NCBI GenBank assembly: GCA_041659805.1
Contig: JBAZXP010000001.1
Location: 880,224-944,223, forward strand
DNA from: Microgenomates group bacterium
GTDB lineage: Bacteria; Patescibacteriota; Microgenomatia; Daviesbacterales; UBA10151
Direction of reading: 5' to 3'
DNA: 64,000 bases
The position numbers and the translations under genes were made by a program. Positions 29,343-37,785 of the stretch are shown one piece after another (position 1 is the stretch's first letter; each line of letters opens with the position of its first letter). The notes under the pieces are model-generated. The model was not told the DNA's origin. It saw only the letters and a list, made by a program, of their open reading frames with translations, and ran no database searches.

Positions 29343-31877
29343 TTAATCTCCACTCTTATTATAATTATTTTGTAAGCAAGAGTAATCAACAGAGTTAACC
29401 CTACCATCATTATTTAAATCACCAGGTCTGGTAACATCAGAATTAATTGCCCATTCTCTGGACATCTCACCTTTATCAAAAGCATTAACTTTATTATCAG
29501 GGGAGGAAACTGGATAGATATCTCCTACGTATAGAACAATTTCACCCAGATTAGTCGTTCCTTCTTCTGCCACAAACTCAACTCTTCTACTGACAGTTTT
29601 AGGAGCTTTAAGACTCAACACATAAGTTTTTCCGATTTCAATACCAGGTGTAAAATCAACAGGTTTACCTTCTTTATCAATTTTAATCTTTTTATTAATC
29701 AGGGATTTAGCACCTTCAACCTTTTCTTTGATATCAACCGCTACATTATCCATTGATAAATCACCGCCAGAAGCCAAACAAGTAGTTTTCTCTGTAAAAT
29801 CGACTGTTGTCAGGTCCAGTGAACAATAACCATTTACCACAGTACCATCATCCAAAGTGAGCACAATTTGATGACGACCTCCGGTTAGTTTCTCATTCAC
29901 ACTGGATCTAATCTCATACCTGGTATCATTGTTTGCTCGGACAGCACCAGACTGAGTTGCAGACCCAGAAGAAGTTGTTTCCCTCCCCAAAGCTATCCAG
30001 GAACTAATATTTGCCCGCTTACCTTCAACGCTAATATTCCCAGAACCTTGTTCATCGTGTGGTCCAATATTTATACCTCTGACGTTCACCAATGTTCCGG
30101 TTCCTAAAGGATTAAATGTGCAGGTTGCTGAAGTAACTCTTGGTTGACCACCAATATATTTAATACTTTTTGTAACAACAGGACTTTTATTGCCTTTATT
30201 ATCTCTAAACTGACAAAACAGGTTCAAATTTCCACCAGGGACAACGTTATAAGTAAACTCATAATTAAATAATATAGGGGCGCCAGATCCATCTTGATTC
30301 CTGTACGTCTTCCATTGTGGGGCGCTTGAACCAGCATCATCCTTATCAAAACTTTGTTCTGAACACCTGTAATCCGTGGTATAGGTAGGAATTGTAGGAG
30401 TTGGCGGAGGAGGAGTAGGAGTAGGAGTAACATAAGTAATTTGACGTTGGCTAACTTCACTGGTGGTAGTCTGATCAGATTTTTTAAACTGAACAAATAC
30501 AGTATAAACTTTTCCTCCTACAGGATTGGATAGGGTATGACCAAAGAGTGTTAAAGTATCACTGCCGCCTGCAGGAGAATATGATCTCCAGGGATATGAA
30601 GCGTTTTCAGGATCTCCACCATTAAAAGGCACATCAACAGAATAGCGGTATTGGTAAGTTCTGTCGGTGGAAGATGGGGGATTTGTGACTGTAGGAGCAT
30701 CATTCCTTACAATGATTGTTTTTACACTAGAGCCCCCGCAAGAAGTAACATTACCCGTATTCCCTGGGATACCAGTACCACAATCTATACAATTTATGCC
30801 CGCAGGACAACTCGTAGCCGAAAATGACCATTTACAAAAAGCGTTGCCTGAACATGATATTCTGGCTGAACCATTTACCTCTGAGCTATGTGAAGTTATA
30901 AAAGGACCTACATAATATGTACCTGCAATAGTTGGGGTAAACCCACCTGAAAATGAACCGGAATTAGGGCCAGACCTTCTGTCTGCAGAGTTTGTTAAGT
31001 CTGCAGGCACTGCGCTTACATTACAATAGATATTATTACTACCGCCACCCTCCAAATTACTTGTAGGACAACCTGTCGTATCTCTATTTTGGCGACTCCA
31101 AAAAAGTTTGGTGCTTGCTAACCCTCCGGGAACATTACCCCCATTAACATCAACCCTAAAATCAAGCCTTGTACCAGGACGGACATTATTCGGATCAACA
31201 CCAGAGGTAGTAAGGTTCACTACTGCTGAAATTGGACCTGAACCATCAGTGCTACCTGGAGCAGCATTAGCATCTCTAGAAAACCAAACGTGATTCCATC
31301 TACAATTACCCCAATCGTCTGTAGATGATGTAGGTTTCCTAATAGCTTTAATTTCTATAGACTGGTCATTAGAAGGTGTTGCAAAAGTTCCTTGCTGAAT
31401 AGGAATTCCACAATCGTTACCTAAATTATCAGTCAGTTTATGAAACCATTTGGTTAACTTAAAATTAGGATCATCAACATGTATTGACACTCTTGTTGGT
31501 ACACCATCCGCTGTACCCAAAGGAATACTTATACGTTCAAAAGTATAAAAAGGCTCATCATGGACAAAAGTACTACCTTTTCCAGAAGGGTCAGGGTTAC
31601 AGCCACTTGAAAATGAATCACCATCAGTTCCTTGACTCCAAGTCACCTTATAAGTTGGACCGCCTTGACAAGAAAGGCCTCCGCAAGAACCGCCAATTAT
31701 TTTTCTTTGGTTAGGACAACTACCATAAAGTGATGAATCCTCATCTGTCACTTCACCAAGTAAAACAGCTCCCTCTCGTGAACCGTTCCAAACAGCTGAT
31801 GCTTTTTGGGCAGAAAAAACAAAACAGACTGTTAATATTAAGCTAAATAAATATGTAAATACTTTAATTTTTTTCAT
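29343..31877 (-). CDS. Large secreted Cys-rich multidomain protein with C-terminal dockerin-like domain
   Basis: Signal peptide (ASA|V); two tandem homologous domains around a PT linker; C-terminal GDIY...DNKVNAFD...GDLNNDGRVNSVD duplicated Ca-binding loops. Confidence 0.8.
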   Translation of the reverse strand: MKKIKVFTYLFSLILTVCFVFSAQKASAVWNGSREGAVLLGEVTDEDSSLYGSCPNQRKIIGGSCGGLSCQGGPTYKVTWSQGTDGDSFSSGCNPDPSGKGSTFVHDEPFYTFERISIPLGTADGVPTRVSIHVDDPNFKLTKWFHKLTDNLGNDCGIPIQQGTFATPSNDQSIEIKAIRKPTSSTDDWGNCRWNHVWFSRDANAAPGSTDGSGPISAVVNLTTSGVDPNNVRPGTRLDFRVDVNGGNVPGGLASTKLFWSRQNRDTTGCPTSNLEGGGSNNIYCNVSAVPADLTNSADRRSGPNSGSFSGGFTPTIAGTYYVGPFITSHSSEVNGSARISCSGNAFCKWSFSATSCPAGINCIDCGTGIPGNTGNVTSCGGSSVKTIIVRNDAPTVTNPPSSTDRTYQYRYSVDVPFNGGDPENASYPWRSYSPAGGSDTLTLFGHTLSNPVGGKVYTVFVQFKKSDQTTTSEVSQRQITYVTPTPTPPPPTPTIPTYTTDYRCSEQSFDKDDAGSSAPQWKTYRNQDGSGAPILFNYEFTYNVVPGGNLNLFCQFRDNKGNKSPVVTKSIKYIGGQPRVTSATCTFNPLGTGTLVNVRGINIGPHDEQGSGNISVEGKRANISSWIALGRETTSSGSATQSGAVRANNDTRYEIRSSVNEKLTGGRHQIVLTLDDGTVVNGYCSLDLTTVDFTEKTTCLASGGDLSMDNVAVDIKEKVEGAKSLINKKIKIDKEGKPVDFTPGIEIGKTYVLSLKAPKTVSRRVEFVAEEGTTNLGEIVLYVGDIYPVSSPDNKVNAFDKGEMSREWAINSDVTRPGDLNNDGRVNSVDYSCLQNNYNKSGD

Positions 31878-31878
31878 C

Positions 31879-32583
31879 TTAGTGCTGTGGCGGTACCGTC
31901 AATAAATCGTTCGGCCCACAACGTGGGTTTTGCGGAATAGTAGCAACCGGATTACCAGTACAATAAACCATACCATTAAGTGTCTGTGCGTTAGCTACAA
32001 TGTAATAACGTTGACTATCATTTGGGTATACCCATGTACCAGAAGCTGTACATGTACTGGCTCCGCCACAATCATTATTAACCGCTACCTGAGTCCAGGA
32101 ACTTGCCAGTGTTAAATTAGATGCTTGATTAGCTACATATACCCATGCTTTTCTGAGATTTACTCCTGTTGCAGTAGTGGTATATGTATTATTTGGTCCG
32201 GAAGATACAGAAGCAGAAAGTCCTGGAAACGGAGAAGGAGAAATTGGAGCTGAAGTTGGTACTTGTGTCACACTAGCTGTGGGTACTGTGGTAGTAGTTG
32301 GATTTGCTGTCGCAGTAGGGGTTACAGAACCGGGTTCTCCATATGGGCCAAAAGGAGAATGAAAAGCTATATCTACATTAGGCGAAGTAGTTCTACAACC
32401 GCTAGTATCACAAGTAACGCCTGTCCCACCAAAAGTAATTGCCTCACCTGCAGCCCTGGAGCGAAGTCTTTGTTGCTGTTGAACTAAATAAACGCTTAGA
32501 GGAACTGCTACAACTACTAAGATTAAAACAACAGCAGCTATGATATTTCTTCGAGTTAAAAAGGATTTTATAGAGTCATTCAT
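31879..32583 (-). CDS. Exported protein with TM, QQRLRSRAA motif, P/T/S linker and Cys domain
   Basis: N-terminal TM, T/P-rich linker, YYIV...CTGNP domain. Confidence 0.75.
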   Translation of the reverse strand: MNDSIKSFLTRRNIIAAVVLILVVVAVPLSVYLVQQQQRLRSRAAGEAITFGGTGVTCDTSGCRTTSPNVDIAFHSPFGPYGEPGSVTPTATANPTTTTVPTASVTQVPTSAPISPSPFPGLSASVSSGPNNTYTTTATGVNLRKAWVYVANQASNLTLASSWTQVAVNNDCGGASTCTASGTWVYPNDSQRYYIVANAQTLNGMVYCTGNPVATIPQNPRCGPNDLLTVPPQH

Positions 32584-32636
32584 GTAAAGTAGGGCATTAG
32601 ATCCAGATTAGAGCAAAAGGACAACGATTGTCAAGC

Positions 32637-32771
32637 ACAGTTCAGCAAATCAGCAGTTCAGCAAATCGGCAAATTCAGCGAGTCAGCAAGACAGAATGTC
32701 AAATGAGTGGTTTATATTGTACGACAAGACATCAGTAGATCAGCATGTCGGCGAATCGGCAAATTCAGCAG
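32637..32771 (+). repeat. Left degenerate 8-9-mer arrays (TCRGCAAA type) upstream of the four-helix-bundle gene
   Basis: TTCAGCAAA TCAGCAGT TCAGCAAA TCGGCAAAT TCAGCGAG TCAGCAAG ... TCAGTAGA TCAGCATG TCGGCGAA TCGGCAAAT TCAGCAG. Confidence 0.9.
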
Positions 32772-32801
32772 AGTAATAGATCTGATAATATATAAATTAG
32801 C

Positions 32802-33152
32802 ATGATAAAAGATGTGACAGATTTGGAGGTTTACAAAGAATCAATGTATTTGTTGCATGAAGTAAATACTTTAACAAGTTTAATCTCACAAACAGAAAAG
32901 GATTTGATCTCGCAGATTAAAAGAGCCTCGAGATCTATTCCTGCAAACTTAGCAGAAGGGTTTGCAAAAAAATCTTCTACAAAGGAATTTAAGCGCTACC
33001 TGATGATCTCCTTAGGCTCAAGCGATGAACTTATAACTCATTTCAGGGTCTTAATAATAATTAATCCAGGTTTACAAAGTCAGTCCGAAGATATTTTAAA
33101 AAAATACCAAATTTTATCTAAAAGACTTAACGTCCTATACCACAAATGGTAG
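32802..33152 (+). CDS. Four helix bundle protein (23S rRNA-IVP / Avd-like family)
   Basis: DLEVY...LISQIKRASRSIPANLAEG...EFKRYLMISLGSSDEL signature. Confidence 0.92.
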   Translation: MIKDVTDLEVYKESMYLLHEVNTLTSLISQTEKDLISQIKRASRSIPANLAEGFAKKSSTKEFKRYLMISLGSSDELITHFRVLIIINPGLQSQSEDILKKYQILSKRLNVLYHKW

Positions 33153-33162
33153 TTTTTATTAA

Positions 33163-33206
33163 TACTGACTCGCTGAAACTCCGATCTCCCGATACTCTGA
33201 AGCTCC
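33163..33206 (-). repeat. Right (inverse) 8-mer array just after the four-helix-bundle stop
   Basis: TACTGA CTCGCTGA AACTCCGA TCTCCCGA TACTCTGA; 33165-33177 is the exact reverse complement of 32674-32686. Confidence 0.85.
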
Positions 33207-33462
33207 GTAGCCACGAGACCCTAGAAGGCCCCTAAAACGGCCGGAAAGCAGGGAAGTGGTATGGTAAGCTATCTAAAGATTAGGTTGTCCTAAAGCCCCA
33301 AACTCATTAGAGGCAAAACATAAGTAAGACGAAAAATTAGTGGACAAATTATCAGGAAAAAGTGGCAAAAATAGCACGAATAAAACCGGCTTAAAAATCT
33401 ATAAAAAAATCATTCATGCGCAAATTTATGGATTTATACCTCTTCCCTTAAGCGTGTGTCCG

Positions 33463-33490
33463 TCGTCGCATAAGATACATTGTACGACTA
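33463..33490. other. dif-like Xer recombination site
   Basis: TCGTCGCATAA-GATACA-TTGTACGACTA, 11-6-11 layout; arms 8/11 complementary; CGCATAA as in the E. coli XerC arm. Confidence 0.6.
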
Positions 33491-33514
33491 GATAATTGGG
33501 AAGTATAATCAAAA

Positions 33515-33647
33515 TGCATATTCCCGGGAGTGGAGTTAAACATACACTAAGAGAGGGGCGTGCTTCTGTTCCTCTTAACCAGTCCTTGCCATAGATATGA
33601 ACAGAAGCTATTTACTCTCTCCTCCATTCATGTAGATCCTCTTTTTT
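33515..33647 (+). ncRNA. Candidate structured non-coding RNA (family unknown)
   Basis: TATAAT at 33504-33509; three nested stems (33528-35/33622-29, 33551-57/33615-21, 33562-71/33599-608); T-run at 33642-47. Confidence 0.35.
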
Positions 33648-33817
33648 CACGCGTGAAAACTCAATTAGCACTAACTATATCATTTTGACAGTATTAGCCT
33701 CAAAACAGAGTACTCTACCCTCAAAAATATTAAAGAAAATTGCTATTTTTTGAGGCTAAATCGAAGCTAAAAATTAAACCCAGAAGAGTACTATACCCTA
33801 TAGTTTTAGCTTCAAAG

Positions 33818-33826
33818 TTATCCACA
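33818..33826 (+). promoter_or_regulatory. Perfect DnaA box
   Basis: TTATCCACA within a repeat-rich non-coding region. Confidence 0.45.
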
Positions 33827-33954
33827 GTTTATTCTCTATCTGTATCAAACTATATCAACTATACTACCCTATAGTTTTTATGTTCGGGTTTTGTTCAATA
33901 CTATCAAACTATATCATTTAAACCTAAAATCACCATTTCTCTCTCCTCCACTTT

Positions 33955-34030
33955 CTTTCTGATTTTGCCGATTCTCTGATACTTCGACTCTTGCTGATTC
34001 TCTGACCCCGCCGATACCCCGATATTCTGA
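33955..34030 (-). repeat. Outer right (inverse) 8-mer array
   Basis: TTTCTGA TTTTGCCGA TTCTCTGA TACTTCGA CTCTTGCTGA TTCTCTGA CCCCGCCGA TACCCCGA TATTCTGA. Confidence 0.85.
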
Positions 34031-34031
34031 A

Positions 34032-34871
34032 CTATCCTGTCCAGGAAGTTGTGATTAATGCAATTAAAAATATTCCCAATCCAAATCCAAGAAATAACCA
34101 AATATCTACTTCGGTAATCCTCTCTTTCAAAGTATGAGTCGCTATCCCCAATGTTACATAAAGTCCTGTTGAAACAATTAAGGATGACATTGGCTTGGCA
34201 ATCGGCCAAAACGACAGAGCAATTGCCATCTCCCCTATTATTAAGGCTAAAACAGCTGAGTAAACTAAAATAAAAGCACTTATACCCTCCATATCCAGAG
34301 ACCAAATCACCTGTAAAATTAATGGAAATCCAATTAAAAATACCGCTAACCCATTCCAAATAAAAAATAAATTTAAAGAAAATACTACGTTGAACAACAT
34401 AAAAGCAGTTATAAGAGTTAGCACGAAAACCGTTGTTGAAGCCACTCTATATAAAGGAATAGTTCTGATGGAAGCCACATTAAACACATTTTGTGAAAGT
34501 AGCAAAGTATAAAAAACTAGGCCAAAGGCAAAAGCCACTGGTAATCTGGTAAGCCATCTGACCGGCAAAAGAAAATAATAGCTGGCAACAGCCAAAGTAA
34601 ATGCCATCGGGAGTATCATTAATATAATTGCTTTCAAGCTATTTAAACCTTCCCATAAAGCCCAAATTGATAGGACAAAGGAAAGTAATGCTAACCCTAC
34701 AATAAAGCGGTTTGTTAAAAAAACCGGCACTAATTGGGTTGATAAAAGCCCCAAGGAAAGTATGATAGAAACTAAAATAATTTTATGCCTTTTTTCAAAA
34801 GATAATTTCTCACGGGTTAGGGTAAGGAATATTTTTATTAGAAAATCACTGAATCTAAAAATTAAATTCAT
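34032..34871 (-). CDS. Polytopic membrane protein, unknown function
   Basis: About 9 TM segments; NVASIRTIPLYR motif; coupled to the ruvC stop. Confidence 0.8.
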   Translation of the reverse strand: MNLIFRFSDFLIKIFLTLTREKLSFEKRHKIILVSIILSLGLLSTQLVPVFLTNRFIVGLALLSFVLSIWALWEGLNSLKAIILMILPMAFTLAVASYYFLLPVRWLTRLPVAFAFGLVFYTLLLSQNVFNVASIRTIPLYRVASTTVFVLTLITAFMLFNVVFSLNLFFIWNGLAVFLIGFPLILQVIWSLDMEGISAFILVYSAVLALIIGEMAIALSFWPIAKPMSSLIVSTGLYVTLGIATHTLKERITEVDIWLFLGFGLGIFLIALITTSWTG

Positions 34872-35419
34872 TTTGCGACTAATTTTAAAACATGACAGAT
34901 GGCAATAGCAAGTGCATCCACTGCGTCATCGGAAAATTTCTTATCTCTTCTTTTTAAACCAGACATAGGCTTTAAAAGTTCTCTGGTTTTATTTCCATTT
35001 TTACCCAAAAATTTTCTAACTCCTTCGTGAACTTCTTTCTTATCAGCTCTTCCCCCACCTGCTACCATTAATTTAACCTGAGGGCCTGTGTATTCATGAA
35101 TAGGTATATTTCTCATCCCCGCAGATAACATTATGACTCCCCTGGCCTGACCGACAGATATTGCTGTTCTGGTGTTTGATCCGAAAAATAACATCTCAAT
35201 TACAATCATATCAGGATTAAAATTCTCTACAATTTTTTCCAGTTCATGGTGTAATACCACCAACCTTTTTTCCATCACCTGATCTTTTTCTGTAGTAATA
35301 AAACCGTAATCTACAAGTTCTATATCATAGTTAAATTCCCGTTCCAAAATATCATCAGGAATTTTAATCAAACCATAACCGGTAGTGGCTGTCCCCGGGT
35401 CAATGCCTAAAATTATCAT
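34868..35419 (-). CDS. ruvC: Holliday junction resolvase
   Basis: ILGIDPG...TGYG, GQARGV, ADKxxV, DDAVDALAIAICH. Confidence 0.95.
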   Translation of the reverse strand: MIILGIDPGTATTGYGLIKIPDDILEREFNYDIELVDYGFITTEKDQVMEKRLVVLHHELEKIVENFNPDMIVIEMLFFGSNTRTAISVGQARGVIMLSAGMRNIPIHEYTGPQVKLMVAGGGRADKKEVHEGVRKFLGKNGNKTRELLKPMSGLKRRDKKFSDDAVDALAIAICHVLKLVAK

Positions 35420-35422
35420 AAA

Positions 35423-36166
35423 TTAAGTGAGAATCTCAAAATTTGCCCAAACTTTATGGATATCATCATGATCTTCTAGTTTTTCTGCAAAGTTCATCAC
35501 CTTTTCTGCTATAGCTTCATCTTTTATTTCCACTAAAATATTTGGTTTAAAAATTATTTCAGACTCCTCAATCTCATATCCGGCCTGAGTAATTTTTGTA
35601 CCCATAGTATTTAGTTCCAGGCTTGTTACATATACTAAATACATTTGCTTTCCTTCGTCCAAATAATCTTCAACATCCTCGGCTCCAAAATCTATAAGCT
35701 CAAGCATTTCATCATCCACACTTTTCCCTTTCCCCTTCACCCTTACCTCTCCCTTTTTATCAAACATGTAAGATGTGGAACCATTTGCTCCCAACACTCC
35801 CCCGTTTTTATCAAATATAAATTTAATTTCCTGGTTAGTTCTTAAACGGTTGTCCGTTACACCTTCAAGTAAAAATGCTACTTTACCTGGCCCAAAACCT
35901 TCGTAAACAACTTCCTCCAGTGTTTGGCCCGGTAACTTTCCCAAGCCTCTGTCTATAGCCCTCTGAACGTTTTCTTTGGGCATGTTAACTTTTTTAGCTG
36001 CTTCCAGTTCCATCCGAAGTCTGGGGTTAAAATCCGGGTCTCCGGAATTTCCAAGCCTGGCTGCGATAGAAATTGCATTTGCTGTTTTAGTAAAAGTTGC
36101 AGAACGTTTTATATCGGCAACGCCTTTAGCGCGCTTGATGGTGCTCCATTTGCTGTGTCCTGACAT
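35423..36166 (-). CDS. yebC: YebC/PmpR family protein
   Basis: MSGHSKWSTIKRAKG, YEGFGP, TDNRLRT, LEDHDDI. Confidence 0.96.
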   Translation of the reverse strand: MSGHSKWSTIKRAKGVADIKRSATFTKTANAISIAARLGNSGDPDFNPRLRMELEAAKKVNMPKENVQRAIDRGLGKLPGQTLEEVVYEGFGPGKVAFLLEGVTDNRLRTNQEIKFIFDKNGGVLGANGSTSYMFDKKGEVRVKGKGKSVDDEMLELIDFGAEDVEDYLDEGKQMYLVYVTSLELNTMGTKITQAGYEIEESEIIFKPNILVEIKDEAIAEKVMNFAEKLEDHDDIHKVWANFEILT

Positions 36167-36197
36167 AACGTTTAGATATTACTGTATATATTTGGGA

Positions 36198-36227
36198 TTG
36201 ACAAGGTACTCAAAAAACCGATATACT
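36198..36227 (+). promoter_or_regulatory. sigma70 promoter of the TPR gene
   Basis: TTGACA-18-TATACT, 9 nt before ATG 36237. Confidence 0.7.
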
Positions 36228-36236
36228 CGTTCCTTG

Positions 36237-36980
36237 ATGACTAATGATTCCACTATCGAATTACAACAACTGGCAATTAAAGCTGCTTTAAACTCAAACT
36301 GGCAACAAGCAATTGATTTTAATTTACAAATTTTAGAAGAAGAACCCAAAAGTGTTGAAAGCTTAAACCGTCTTGGAAGAGCTTATTTTGAAATAGGAGA
36401 ACTTGCTAAATCAAAAGAATCTTTTGATAAATCCTTGGAAATTGATCCGTACAATCAAATTGCAGCAAAATTTATTAAACGGATCGAAACATGCAAGAAA
36501 AAAGGATCAAAAAACATAAATACACTCGGCTCCAGTCATAACTGTGCGCAAGTTGACAGTGATCTGTTTATTGAAGAACCGGGCAAAACTAAATTAGTTA
36601 CCCTTTTAAAGGTTGCAGAACCACAAAAACTTTCATTACTGTCCCCTGGTGCTTTAGTCAATTTGAATATTAAAAATAAAGTCGTTGCTATTAATGACGC
36701 TGACGGAGAATATCTTGGTGTTCTACCGGATGATTTATCCCGCCATTTAGTCAGACTAATTCATGGTGGTAATAAATATCAGGCAATTATTAAGACTGCC
36801 AAAATCAATGGCTTAACAATTTTAATCAGGGAAACATATCGCTCTGCCAGATTTAAAAACCAACCTTCATTTTTGGATAATCTGAATATGGCTCAAACCT
36901 ATTCTTCTGATAATATCGTAATTTTAGATGAAGGCGAAGAGGATGCAGGCACTGATTCAGATGAAGAAGAAAGAGCTTAA
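36237..36980 (+). CDS. TPR-containing protein with acidic tail
   Basis: SLNRLGRAYFEIG TPR, FIEEPGKTK motif; the track's 5' extension overlaps yebC and is rejected. Confidence 0.85.
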   Translation: MTNDSTIELQQLAIKAALNSNWQQAIDFNLQILEEEPKSVESLNRLGRAYFEIGELAKSKESFDKSLEIDPYNQIAAKFIKRIETCKKKGSKNINTLGSSHNCAQVDSDLFIEEPGKTKLVTLLKVAEPQKLSLLSPGALVNLNIKNKVVAINDADGEYLGVLPDDLSRHLVRLIHGGNKYQAIIKTAKINGLTILIRETYRSARFKNQPSFLDNLNMAQTYSSDNIVILDEGEEDAGTDSDEEERA

Positions 36981-36983
36981 GTC

Positions 36984-37748
36984 CTAGTTTAACAAATCTT
37001 TTATATCCTCAATTGTTACCACAAAATGCCCACCCTCTTTATTCAAAGTATTTTGAGGTAAAGCTCTTTTTTGATAATGTTTCAATATTTGTATTGTTGA
37101 AAAAGCCTGTGGAACAGTAACCAGATTTGTATTTTTCACTTTTTCATCTATCTCAGATTTAATCATCCTGGCTTTGCCATCATCACCGGTTATTACAACA
37201 ACTCTAATTAAGGTTTTAAATAAAATCTGCAAGCCATCTCTTTCACACTTTGGCTGGGTAACTACCTGCCACCATAGCTCCTCTGAATCAGACAAATCAG
37301 CAGAAACTTCCTTCAAACCTAAAATTGGATCATCTTTTCCTTCGTATTCTAAAGGCTTATCCTCTTTCCGGAAGTCCTTAGAGCTAATTTCCCAGGCTAA
37401 AACGCCTTTGGGAATTGTGTCACCATATTTTACACTGTAGTCTTCCAATTCTACCAAGTCCAACTGAGTGATAAATTGTTTTAAAATCACGGTTGGCCCG
37501 TAAACCACCAATGCTTTTTTAGAACCTTTATACAACCTTTCAAAAGATACAATTAATCTTTTCTGATTGATGATTTTATCTATTTTTTCTAAAATTTCCT
37601 TATTTAAACCTGCTTCGTTTTTGACCAAGTATAAAGAATAAACAGTATCTGAATGAATAGGCATGCTGGCATAATCGCGCATAGACCTTAAAGCTAAAAT
37701 CAGAGAAGCCACAATAATAAAACCGAATAGAATAACCCAAATGATCAT
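36984..37748 (-). CDS. Membrane-anchored hypothetical protein
   Basis: N-terminal TM followed by LRSMRDY; 254-aa ORF. Confidence 0.75.
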   Translation of the reverse strand: MIIWVILFGFIIVASLILALRSMRDYASMPIHSDTVYSLYLVKNEAGLNKEILEKIDKIINQKRLIVSFERLYKGSKKALVVYGPTVILKQFITQLDLVELEDYSVKYGDTIPKGVLAWEISSKDFRKEDKPLEYEGKDDPILGLKEVSADLSDSEELWWQVVTQPKCERDGLQILFKTLIRVVVITGDDGKARMIKSEIDEKVKNTNLVTVPQAFSTIQILKHYQKRALPQNTLNKEGGHFVVTIEDIKDLLN

Positions 37749-37785
37749 AATAACCCCTATATAATACCATAGAGGCTAGCCTGGA

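Noticed and set aside
30395-30430. GGA/GTA repeat tract
   Set aside because: Codon-periodic and explained by the Pro/Thr linker of the 844-aa protein.
32637-34030. CRISPR array or DGR at the repeat-rich locus
   Set aside because: Units are 8-9 nt tandem with no unique spacers and no cas genes. No reverse transcriptase and no TR/VR pair differing at adenines was seen, despite the Avd-like protein.
33904-34359. 151-aa minus-strand ORF in the track
   Set aside because: It overlaps the membrane protein gene in another frame and runs through the repeat array; likely spurious.
35976-36236. 5' extension of the TPR ORF
   Set aside because: It is antisense to yebC, and a clear promoter precedes ATG 36237.
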